64,000 nt of DNA. Source: Gekko japonicus (taxonomy: Eukaryota). The stretch covers positions 380,116 to 444,115 of the forward strand of contig NW_015166462.1 in NCBI RefSeq assembly GCF_001447785.1. The letters run 5' to 3'. The notes beneath the pieces were generated by a model. The model had not been told where the DNA came from and searched no databases. It was given only the letters and a program-made list of their open reading frames with translations. Within the stretch, counting starts at the first letter, position 1. Each line of letters starts with the position of its first letter. Shown here piece by piece: positions 53,986 through 64,000 of the stretch. A program made the position numbers and the translations under genes.

Positions 53986-54903
53986 ACCCTCCTTAGGGCT
54001 GAAGGAAAAGCACATCCTTTGATCCTAATCAATCACTTCCTCCCCCCCCCTTAAATGGCAAAGATAGAAGGCAGAGCCTATAACACTATACAGTATCCTG
54101 GAATTGTGTATGTATAAAATTAGGGATGGGGAAGGTATGCCGCGAGAAATATATTCCAGTGTTCCAACTTCTCCTTCCCTAAAAAAAATAAAAAGCTGTC
54201 CCATACAGCACACAAAGGGATAACAATAGCCTCCCACTGTACTGTCCCTGATAACCTGTCCCTGATCCTCCACAGTTGGGGGCTGGAAGCTAATATTCCA
54301 TTCGACTGACAGAGGCATGTTCCTCTCCAGAGGAAATCATCACCTTGCACCAGAGGAGGGCTCCACCATTCGTGGAATGGAATCTCTGGATACAACACAA
54401 TAGAATCATGGAGCTACAGTTCTAGATTGCTGAGGTCCACAGTTAGGTAAGTAAGCTACACCTGGAACTCAGCAGGCTCACACCAAGGTGCTGTTGTGAG
54501 TGCAGGGAATTCTCAGTAGTTTCTCTTCTGGGCTGGGACTCCTGCAAAACAGCATTTTTTAAAACTAGCTTTGGTACAGATACTCACATGCTCCTGAGAA
54601 AGCTAGGCTATGAATACCATAAATAAATAAATACCTGTTTTCTAACTCACATTTTGGAACCACTTGATTTGTTTGCAGCTTTATTCTTCCCACTCAAGGA
54701 AAAGGAAGAACAATGCTGCATGTAAATGAAGTGTTCAATGTGATTGTGACAAACTGCTTCCAGTTTCAACGGCTTTCCATTGGGGGGGGGGCAGTCAAGC
54801 CATATTTACATCCTAAACAGTATGTTTTTTGCCAGCAAGCTACAAGCAGTAAGTGGTTAACAAGTGTTTCCGCTTGATGGAACTGAGATCTGTAACCCTT
54901 AGC

Positions 54904-55305
54904 CAGGGCTATTTTTGGGCAGGAACGCACAGGAACGGAGTTCCAGCTGGCTCCCGAGTTGGCCATGCCCAGCAGGAACTCATTAGCATAACAGGCCATA
55001 CCCAACAGCAGGAACTCATTAGGATTGGCTACATTAGAGGTGTGTGGCCTAACATGCAAAGGAGTTCCTGCTGCAAAAAAAGGCCCCGGGTTTTGACAAC
55101 AAACAAGGTAAACAGAATAAGAAGCAAAAGGTGGGTGTGGCTGGATAACCATACTTCTGGTAACATGTGGGTGTGGCCTAATGTGCTAATGAGCTGTGCT
55201 GTCAGGGGTGTGGCCTAATATGCTAATGAGTTTCTACTGTTGAGTGTGGCCTATTATGCTAATGCTAATGAGTTCCTGCTGGGCTTTTTCTACAAAAAGA
55301 GCCCT
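54904..55305. mobile_element. MITE family with CAGGGCT(C)TTTTTGTAG ends (related pieces at 6655-6832, 21278-21459, 49544-49850)
   Basis: Terminal inverted repeats and repeated CTCATTAGCATA..GGCCACACCC modules shared among copies. Confidence 0.72.
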
Positions 55306-56071
55306 GCTTAGGACCAACCCTAGAGCGTATAGTGCCTCCAAGCGAGTAGAATCTTTAAGCCCTCAATTTGTTCAACTAGACACCTGATTTGCATGCAAGA
55401 TCTATCACTGTAAATCTGTATTTATTTGTGCCATACAAATAATAACCAAATAAAAATTATTTTTCCAGAAACGGAATTATGCACCAGTGTTGAATAGTGT
55501 TGCAGTAAGGTATTATCGGCTTTACAACAGAAGATGAATGAGCTCTTTTTTTCCTTTTACCTGTGGAGTAGATAGTTGAGTAGATTGCCTGGATTAACAA
55601 GTTTTCAGTCCAATGCTATGCAGAAGTACTTTGGTTTAAACACATGGGTTTAGGCTGGAGTAACTCTGATAAGGACCGTCACAAGTGGTCACCTGGATGA
55701 CCTTCCCCTGAACTGATCAGAGTCATGCCTAATAAGGACCAACCAAAATGTTACAACATTTCCTGGAACTCTTCATCAGGTTGGATGTTCAGTAAAAACA
55801 CAAATTGGGGGGTGGGGTGAGAAAAGATGTTTCGGGGCACAGGGAAAACTTCCCTTTTAATTTCTTTAAAAGACTGAACATCCCTGCCTGATGAAGAGTT
55901 CTTGAAAACTTGAAACATGCAGTTGTGTGATATTTATTGGTGGTGGAAAGTGCTGTCAAGTCGCAGCCAACTTATCGTGACCCCGTAGGGTTTTCCAGGC
56001 AACAGAGGCATGGCAACCCTGCATGGCAACCCTGGTATTCCTTGGTGGTCTCCCACCTGCATAATAAACAG

Positions 56072-56278
56072 CAGTGTTCCCTCTAAGCTGAGTTAGTGTG
56101 AGCTAGCTCACAGTTTTTTTAGCCTCCGGCTCACACATTTTTGTCTCAGCTCAGGAAGGATGGCTCCAAAGCAGACTGATTTATGCCATCGCCAAATCGC
56201 TCGCTCACAACTTTAATGCCAGTAGCTCACAAAGCAGAATTTTTGCTCACAAGATTCCACAGCTTAGAGGGAACATTG
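56072..56278 (+). mobile_element. hAT MITE, same family, inserted in a 5S-SINE
   Basis: TIRs and an exact TSD ATAAACAG. Confidence 0.88.
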
Positions 56279-56639
56279 ATAAACAGGGCAGACCCTGCTT
56301 AAGCTTTTGAGATCTGACGAGGTCATGCTAACCTGGGCCATTTTCAGAGCTGTTTATTGGTTGTATTAATATTGGTATTATTACACAACCGGATTCCACC
56401 CCCCACCCCCACCCCCATGGACCAACAAGGTTACCTACAACCTTTGCCCCTGAACTGGGAAATGGAGCGGGTCTAGTGGAATTTAGATCTTCGCTAATGT
56501 TGACATTCGAAGTGAATTGAACTGAACTATAAGAGCCACATCTGTGGCAAGAGATGCCTAATTCGACCCCCCTGACTTCGCATCAATAGTGACTCTTTCT
56601 CTTTAAATAAATAAGGGGGGGGGGAGACTCGCTGTTAGC

Positions 56640-57320
56640 TAGACTTTTTGACGGCGGACAAAAAAAGAGGGGAAGGCAACAATTTCCCAGTTCCCTTTAA
56701 TTTCCTTTTGGGCTCCATTTAAAGGGGAGGTCAAGGCTAAGGAAGAGGATGGGCAGGGAAGAGGAGGGGGAGGGGAGTTTCCCCCCCTACTGCTGCTGCT
56801 TCCCTGCGAAGGCAGCTGAAAGTTGGGAAGGGACTTTTTCAAAAAAAATCTCCCCGGAACCACACTGGACGAGGCGGGCGGTGCAGGTGAGAGTCCGCCT
56901 GGAGAAAAGGAAGGGAAGGGAGTCGCTTGGCCGGAGAGATCTGGGTGCGATTCTCGGGAAGAGCAGAGGGGCTCGCGTGCAGGTGGTGGGAAACAAAGAG
57001 GCAGAAGTAAATCCCGGGGGGTGTGGGGTGGTGGGAGAAGCGGGGAGAACTCACCGTAGTAGGGTCGTGCTCCGTGGATGCCTTGCGTGCCGATCCCACC
57101 TGCCCGGCAGGGCTTCAGCCCCCGCGCCTGCGGCGTGCCCAGTGCCGGGAAAAAAAAACCGGCTCGGGGACGGCGCCTAAGGGTCTCTGCGAAGCCTGTA
57201 GCCATCCCGGTTGGCTTCTCCAGAAAGGGTTGGGGGGGGCAGGATGCCAGGGGGCTCTTGGAGGGGGCTGGGTGGGTTTTAAAGGACGCCGGGCCTTCCC
57301 GGGGGAAGAGTAGGGTGAAG
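56640..57320 (+). promoter_or_regulatory. CpG-island promoter and non-coding first exon of the ZNF784-like gene
   Basis: CpG-rich, with donor CAG|gtgag at 56886/56887, about 1.45 kb upstream of the coding-exon acceptor. Confidence 0.65.
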
Positions 57321-57321
57321 G

Positions 57322-57538
57322 CAGTGCCGGATTTACGCATAAACTAAATAAGCTACAGCTTAGGGCTTCGCAATCTGCTGGGGCCTCAAATAAAAACACA
57401 ATATAAAAATGATTTCAAATATTAAAAAAGGCGTATATATTTAAAATTTTTCTGAGACCAGCTGATGTAATTTAAAACAGTAGGGGGCCTCTGGGTTTTG
57501 TATAGCTTAGGGCCTCAGCAAGTCTAAATCCGGCCCTG
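57322..57538. mobile_element. hAT MITE (CAG(T/G)GCCGGATTTA termini)
   Basis: TIRs with an exact TSD GGTGAAGG. Confidence 0.85.
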
Positions 57539-58388
57539 GGTGAAGGGATGGGGGACGCCTGGGTTTCCTGATAAGGAAATGAGCACTCTTGGACAGGATG
57601 GGATGATGGAACACCCCTCCACTGGGTTGGGAGACTGGCTCCTCCGCACATGGAGTGGGGCCTAGTAAGTTCGAGGAGGGGTTAGGTCGGGCGGTTGAAT
57701 TGCATTGTGGGGACGGCAGACTCAAGGCCCACCTCGACCTTCTCTTTCCTGCAGCGCCTAGCCAGATACCTCTGGGTGCTCACGAGGAGGGCGTGAAGAA
57801 AATGGCCTTTCCCTCTTTGTCATTTACCCAGTGTGTTGCATTTAGAGGTATACTGCTCCTGTACATGGAGGTTCCATTGTACAAGGAATAAGCAGAGCCT
57901 AACGAAGGGGAGTCGCTTTGGAGCTGAAGTGCCCCAGTCCTTTTGGGAACAAAGTGAGTGTGGGGTGTGTGTGTGTGGGGGGGAAAGTAGTGAGCTTAGA
58001 GCCAGAATTCCCCAAGGACCTTGAGTAGACAGAAGAACAAATGGATTTCTAAAAGAGAAATTGGAGACTGGGTGATTGCAGGACTGGGGTCTAGCACACC
58101 CAAGGCTTCTAGAGAGAAGCTGGTTATGACAGAGAAGCTGGAAATTGAATTTTCCCAGAAGGAGGTATATGCATGGGGGGTGGGGTGGGTGTATGTGGCA
58201 TCAAATTTGTGTCAGAATCGTGCACCAAAGTGATGTTTTAAGCCAAGGCTGCATTTTATTCCATTTTACCTTTCCTCCCCTCCTTTCCTAGTATTCCCAT
58301 GATCTCCTTTCTCATTTTCTGTTTTTTTCTTTTCTTTTCCTAAGGGCAGATGCTGAGAAGCTGGCACTGTGATGCTTTGGACTAACTG

Positions 58389-60413
58389 ATGGAAACAGAG
58401 CTGATTACAGTAAAGGAAGAAACTGGATCAGTAACTCTCCCGACCTGCTGCCTGTGCCAGGAGGAGCTACCAGACCTTGCTGGATCCCCAGGGCAGATTC
58501 CACAATGCCAGGCCTGCAAAAGCATTGTCTTGGAGCCCAGGAACTGGTTGCCTGACAGCCAAGAGGCCCAGGCCTTCCCTGCTGACAGACCTTTCGGTTG
58601 CTCTTTCTGCCCCAAGCGCTTCAAGAGGGCCTCAGACCGGCGCGACCATGAGCGGGTGCATACGGGAGAAAGGCCCTACGGCTGCGGTATCTGTGGCAAG
58701 CGCTTTACTCAGAGCTCAGTGCTTTCTGGCCACATGCGCATCCATACTGGTGAGCGGCCTTTTCACTGTGCTGTCTGCTTAAAGTCTTTCAACAACGGCT
58801 CCAATTTTCGCAAGCACCAACGTATCCATGATCAACCGTGTGAATATGGTGCCAAGGGGAAGGGTGGGAAGGACTGTCCCATCCTTCCTGGGAAGAAGCA
58901 GCGTCAAGCCACGGATAGGCAAGATGGCAGAAACCAGTGGCAGGGCAAGATACTGAGGCAAAATGGCCACCAAAGCATCAAGGAACTGAGGGAAGGTGGC
59001 AACAGGGGCCATGACATTGTTGAGAGACAAAATGGCCCTCATGTGAATGGGCTTCTAGGCCAAGATGGTGGCAACCATGGTCTAAGGCAACTTGGTAATA
59101 AGGTAGGCCATTTCAAGAGAACGAAAGTTAGGCAAGGTGCCACTTACTGTGGCCCTGACCTTGAAATGAGACCTAGAAGTGGCCAAGTTAAGACAGGTGA
59201 TGGCAAAGGACATGTTGGTGAACAGGGGGGAAATGGAAATTGCAGCCTTGAACAAGGGGAAACTCAAAATGGCCACAGCTTCAGACTTCTGAAGTACGGT
59301 AGTGAGGAAAACCACATTAAAAGTCTGAAGTCAAGGAAAGCAGAGGAAAGCCACACTCAGGGAGACCAGAAACATGTGGCCAGCCATAGTGGTAGGTTAC
59401 AGTTAGATGCCGTCAGCTGTGGGAAAGGCCTCTTATCAGTGGGTGGCAACAGGGACCATATTCATAGACTGAGCCAAAATGGCAGTGTCAGGGGCTATGA
59501 CTTAGACAGGAGGCCTAACGGAGGCTACCTCAGAGGGCTGAAGCACACCAGTGGAAAGGACTCTGTTGCAGACACGAAACAGAATGACCCTGGGGGAAGT
59601 CCTAACAGTGGGCTAAGGCAAATCCGCCATGACACCACGACAAAGCTGAGACAAAATGTCAGCCAGAGCATGACTGAAAATGGCACCGGCCATTTTAGAG
59701 AGCTGAGACAGGATGGTGGCATCAGCAAGAAGCAGCAGGTGAACTTTCAAGCGTGCACTCCTGGAAACATGAACTCTCTAGTGCCTAAAATGTTTGTCCG
59801 AACTGGTCCTGAAAGGGGGGATATCATGGTCTGGGAAGACCCCGATATGGAGATAGTGAAGGGGAGAGATGAACTTGATGAATGCTGTCCCTTTGACAGG
59901 CATCCCTGTTCACCCTCCTGGGAGCCAGGCATCTCCGATGCATGCCCTCCGCCTTATGACCTCTCAGTGTCCCCCCAGCACCACTCCCTGCAAGACCAAG
60001 TCAGCAGCACCGTTCAGCCCTGGGAAGGAGAGAGCCCCACCTGCTTTCCTTTCCAAGATCCTGAGCCTTATGCTCAGCATTCCCAGTCAGCCGTCGATTC
60101 CAAGCCTTTCCTGTGCTTTGCGTGTCCCAAGCAGTTCCGGCGTGCTACGGATCTGAAGGAGCATCTGCGAGTCCATACAGGCGAAAGGCCCTTTGGCTGC
60201 TCCGTCTGCGGTAAGCGGTTCACACAGAGCTCAGCCCTGGCGACTCACCGCAGGCTTCATACTGGGGAAAAGCCCTTTGAATGCACCGTGTGCTGTCGGC
60301 GCTTTAATAACTCTTCCAACTTTGCCAAACATCGCCGGCTTCATATGCAGGAGAGCACAGGATGTGCCGGTAAGGTTGCGGAGAAAATATCACGGAGTGG
60401 CAAGCCACAGTGA
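58389..60413 (+). CDS. ZNF784: ZNF784-related C2H2 zinc finger protein, 674 aa, 3+3 fingers
   Basis: Single coding exon after a long pyrimidine tract and acceptor (58344); an in-frame TAA precedes the ATG. Fingers with SD-RDHERVH / [10 protein letters not shown] / FNN-SNFRKH match the C-terminal triplet of ZNF784, and the position is syntenic. Ortholog versus paralog status is uncertain. Confidence 0.72.
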   Translation: METELITVKEETGSVTLPTCCLCQEELPDLAGSPGQIPQCQACKSIVLEPRNWLPDSQEAQAFPADRPFGCSFCPKRFKRASDRRDHERVHTGERPYGCGICGKRFTQSSVLSGHMRIHTGERPFHCAVCLKSFNNGSNFRKHQRIHDQPCEYGAKGKGGKDCPILPGKKQRQATDRQDGRNQWQGKILRQNGHQSIKELREGGNRGHDIVERQNGPHVNGLLGQDGGNHGLRQLGNKVGHFKRTKVRQGATYCGPDLEMRPRSGQVKTGDGKGHVGEQGGNGNCSLEQGETQNGHSFRLLKYGSEENHIKSLKSRKAEESHTQGDQKHVASHSGRLQLDAVSCGKGLLSVGGNRDHIHRLSQNGSVRGYDLDRRPNGGYLRGLKHTSGKDSVADTKQNDPGGSPNSGLRQIRHDTTTKLRQNVSQSMTENGTGHFRELRQDGGISKKQQVNFQACTPGNMNSLVPKMFVRTGPERGDIMVWEDPDMEIVKGRDELDECCPFDRHPCSPSWEPGISDACPPPYDLSVSPQHHSLQDQVSSTVQPWEGESPTCFPFQDPEPYAQHSQSAVDSKPFLCFACPKQFRRATDLKEHLRVHTGERPFGCSVCGKRFTQSSALATHRRLHTGEKPFECTVCCRRFNNSSNFAKHRRLHMQESTGCAGKVAEKISRSGKPQ

Positions 60414-62104
60414 CCACTTCAGGGGATCTTATCCTGTTAGACGGTATGTGGTGAAAAGTGCAGTCGAAGCTGAGTTATGGCAGCCCTGCAGATTTTCAAG
60501 ATAAGAGACCAGCAGAGGTGGGTTGCCACCGTATCACAGTCCTGGTCTTCCTCGGTGGTCTCCCAATCCAGTTATTAACCAGAGCCGACCCTGCTTAGCT
60601 ACTGAGATCTCATGAAGCTGGGCCATCCAGATGGTATATGGTCGCTGAAATAAGAGCCGTGATAATTCTAACACTGCAATACTGAATTCAGCATTCATTC
60701 AGAACCTCATTTCCTCATTTCAAAGTTCCTAGTACTCAAGGCTAAGGAGAGGCCTGAAATAAGTGGACAAAGCCTACTGAAGGTGGGGCTGAAGAGAAGC
60801 TGAGCAAAACTTGTAGTGATCAGTGCCTTGTGTAGTTGTGTGTCCTCTCCCAGGAATAGCAGAAGAAAAAATACAAAATAAACAAGGATCTGAAAATTTG
60901 GGTAGTTTGTGTAACTTTCTACAGTTGATATATTTTTTTCCCCTCTAGCAAAGTCCCACCCACAGGTTTTTAAGCATGCTCATCATGAAGAGGGCAAATT
61001 TAAAATGATTTTTGGCTCTAAAAATGTATTTGCCGAAATTGTTAGTAGATTGGGGAGGGAGGACTTAAATATATTTTCATGTTATGCCTGCAATGGTGCA
61101 ACATGTGGGAAGGAATTAGAGGGGGGGGAAGGTCTTCCCAAAGTTTAACTATTGTCAGCCAATACCCAAAGCCAGAAATAAATTTTCTGAAAAGTTGTCA
61201 TGTTCAAAAAACAAATAGTGGTAATTCTAATTTCTAAATCTACAGCATTTTTTTAAATCGTGTTTTATACCATGAAGAATATTCTGGTAATTGTGATGGG
61301 GGGGGGGAGAGTAGCAGAATAATTGCATGATCCCCCCCCCCCAAGAAAAAAAAAATCCCAGAAGAAAATTTGAGACTACGTACTCCATGAAACTTCTGCT
61401 AAAAATTCCATTCAAATTTACTTCCATCTAATTTTTATCTGTCTTTGCAGAAGTTATTTGTTTTCTGTCTTAAAGGAAACCTTATAAACTTTGGGCATCC
61501 CTCCTTTTAAAAAAAAATTGTTCTCTGTTCTTCATTTCTCTGTACATTTTGCAGTATAAGCCCTTTTACACCCTTTTGGTCTTCTCCAAGGATGGATGTT
61601 CATGGCTGCTTTCCATATGCAGCACAAATTGGTTGGTTCCATACAGAACACACGCATCTTTCTAAACAACACGCCTGCTTTCAAACCCACTTTTCAGAAT
61701 AAATTTCAGAGTGTATCGAGCTGTCCTCTGAACTTGTATTTCTTTCATGATAAAGACTCAACATGCATTAATCCTAGAAAAAAAGGCAACTTGTCCAGAG
61801 TGTAGTAGTACAGGAGCCTCTATGAGGGTTAAAAAGATAGAATGAGCAAGAAGCAGAAGGCAACTCTTGCTGTTATCTTCTCATATAAAACTTTCCAGCT
61901 AGCATTCATGCTCCCCAGGTTCCACCCACCTATGAGAAGGGCTTTGAGCAAACAACTGAGACCCCAGTGCAAGGTTCTGCTGAATAAGGGGGCCATGCTG
62001 CTATTCCAACTGACTGTTCTGCTATCCTGCTGGGGGGGTTGAACTGAAATAAACGGGGGAGGGAAGAGATGATTTCTCGAGCAAGTTCTGCTTACTCAGG
62101 ATCA

Positions 62105-62350
62105 CTTTGGTGTAGTGGTTAGGAATGTGGATTCTAATCCGGGGGACCGGGTTTGATTCCCCTCTTCTCCACATGCAGCTGCTGGTGTGACCTTGGGTCA
62201 GTCATAAGTTCTTTCAGAGCTGTTCTCTTAAGGAGCTCTTTCAGCCCCACCTACCTCACGGGGTGTCTGTTGTGGGGAGGGGAAGGGAAAGGGATTGTAA
62301 GCTGCTCTGAGACACCCTTCGGGTATGAAGGGGTGGGGTATAAATCCAAT
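62105..62350 (+). mobile_element. tRNA-derived squamate SINE (representative; others near 18530, 19860, 26545, 33532, 49230, 49925, 52165)
   Basis: A-box TGGTGTAGTGGTTA and B-box GGTTTGATTCCC, followed by a body shared among copies. Confidence 0.75.
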
Positions 62351-63781
62351 CTCATAATCATCACTCGCAAAAATTTTGTTTTAAATTGCAATTTTAAATT
62401 TAGGCCAATGCATGGATACTTTTGGACTGTGGTTTCTTCTCTGGGACAAAACAAAGTCTGAAAGTATTGTGGTTGGCTAGGTGACATTGTCCTCATTATT
62501 GCCTTAAGATTTGTTAATGATATGCTCGACGATACTTCCACAAATTTTAAAGTCTTGTAGCATTCTAATGGGTTGTGTGAAGATTCTCTGCCAGCTCTTG
62601 TCCTTCTCCCAGAATTGAGACTGGTGGAGCCAGGAAACCAAGTAACCAAAAGGCTGAGAAAAACTGATAGTGAATCAGTAAGGGAGGGTATAAATTTAAT
62701 AAATACCACTAGAAATACTATAAAATGTATGAAATGAAATATAATACATTAACAAAATGTAAATGGTTAACCACATAGTGAGAAAGTTGTACTGTTGATT
62801 GAATTTCAGTATAGACGTGAGTGGAGTCATTTTTAAAACTCTGATTTATAGGAAGGCACTAATTCTGCAGTGGTTCACTGAAGAGTGTTACCCGGTCAGC
62901 AGGATATATATATTTTATATGGTAATTTTATATGACTACACACACAGTTCTCAAGATGATTTTTTCCAATAATGAAGGCAATTTCTTGCCAAAACACACT
63001 GAACAATGATTTAAAGTGCTGTTATTTTAATTGATTAGGAAGCGTATTTTTAGTGTATTGTATTTCATGTATTACATTTCATATGTTTTCATGGTATTTC
63101 TAGTGGCATTTATGAAATTTATATCCTCCCTTGCTGGTTTCTTGTTTTTCTCGGCCTTTTGGTTACTTGAGTCATTTAGCTGGGTTCTTTTCTTTTCCCC
63201 CCTTTTCCTTTGTTTGTTACTGGAGGAAGGAAACCAGCCAGCTCTTGGGACTCCTCTTTACCTCAGAATGTTCCATTTCTGGGATTGACTTCTAGTATTC
63301 TAATGTGGCAGTGAGATGCCACTCTGCTTTTCCTCCAGCTTGCCCACATCTTTCTTTGTGCCCATCATCTCAGCGCTGGGTCCATATTGGTCAGAAACTT
63401 TTCAACAGGACAGGGGTGCCCACAGGGAACTTCACCCCTTGCATTCTGACTTGCTGGGTATCTGTGAGGACAACAAAAACCTTCTGCTCAGTATAAAGGG
63501 GACATTTCTGAGGAAAGTTGTTGCCAGATCTCCAGGGCTAGGTCCTAGAAGCAGGAAGTCTGCCCTTTGTAAAGAGCAGCTGGTCTCAAAATGTTCACCC
63601 TGGCTAATTCATAACTGCCATACTAACAACTGCAGGGAAGTTTCCTTTTTTGCTTCAGTTCTTGAGGCAATGCAAGTCCTCCCCAGTGTAAGATACTCAC
63701 ACCGTCCCAATGCCATTGTTTTGTCTGTCCACTGTGTATATACGTTATGCTGGCAAGACGTAGCCAATTTATGGCAAGGCC

Positions 63782-63988
63782 CAGTGTTCCCTCTAAGCTG
63801 AGTTAGTGTGAGCTAGCTCACAGTTTTTTAGCCTCTGGCTCACACATTTTTGTCTTAGCTCAGGAAGGGATGGCTCCAGAGCAAACTAATTTATGCAGCA
63901 GCCAAAGCTCCTGCTCACAACTTTAATGCCAGTAGCTCACAAAGTAGAATTTTTGCTCACAGGGCTCCATAGCTCAGAGGGAACATTA
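63782..63988 (+). mobile_element. hAT MITE, same family
   Basis: CAGTGTTCCCTCTAAG...GAGGGAACATT; TSD unclear. Confidence 0.82.
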
Positions 63989-64000
63989 ATGGCAACGCCA

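Noticed and set aside
54960-55275. Regularly spaced short repeats resembling a CRISPR array
   Set aside because: Subterminal repeats of a eukaryotic MITE; no unique spacers or cas genes.
56639-57340. 233-aa minus ORF and similar ORFs at 24222-24852 and 4690-5139
   Set aside because: Stop-poor frames expected in GC-rich islands; no recognisable domains.
62105-62175. tRNA-like A/B boxes
   Set aside because: SINE heads; no intact cloverleaf was identified.

Overview
This is vertebrate genomic DNA, not prokaryotic. The repeat content (Sauria SINE, 5S- and tRNA-derived SINEs, BovB, CR1, L2, RTE-X, Penelope-like fragments, several hAT MITE families) points to a squamate, probably a gecko, in a draft assembly with N gaps. 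Gene content matches the human 19q13.42 block: U2AF2 exon 1 and promoter (minus strand), a complete six-coding-exon CCDC106 (minus), two tandemly duplicated ZNF581-like genes (plus), and a ZNF784-related gene (plus). The most notable observations are: (1) the ZNF784-like protein has two homologous three-finger arrays joined by a ~420-aa linker built partly of degenerate 'LRQ(N/D)GG' repeats; (2) the ZNF581 duplicates have diverged asymmetrically, with patches of perfect identity and copy-specific retroelement insertions; (3) a DNA transposon appears to have inserted at a CCDC106 splice acceptor, supplying the current polypyrimidine tract and leaving an orphan acceptor followed directly by a stop codon; (4) a Penelope-like insertion with inverted arms and a 16-bp target duplication, plus hammerhead-like cores in short repeats. 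Gene and repeat family names come from recalled sequence similarity, not database searches, and repeat boundaries are approximate.
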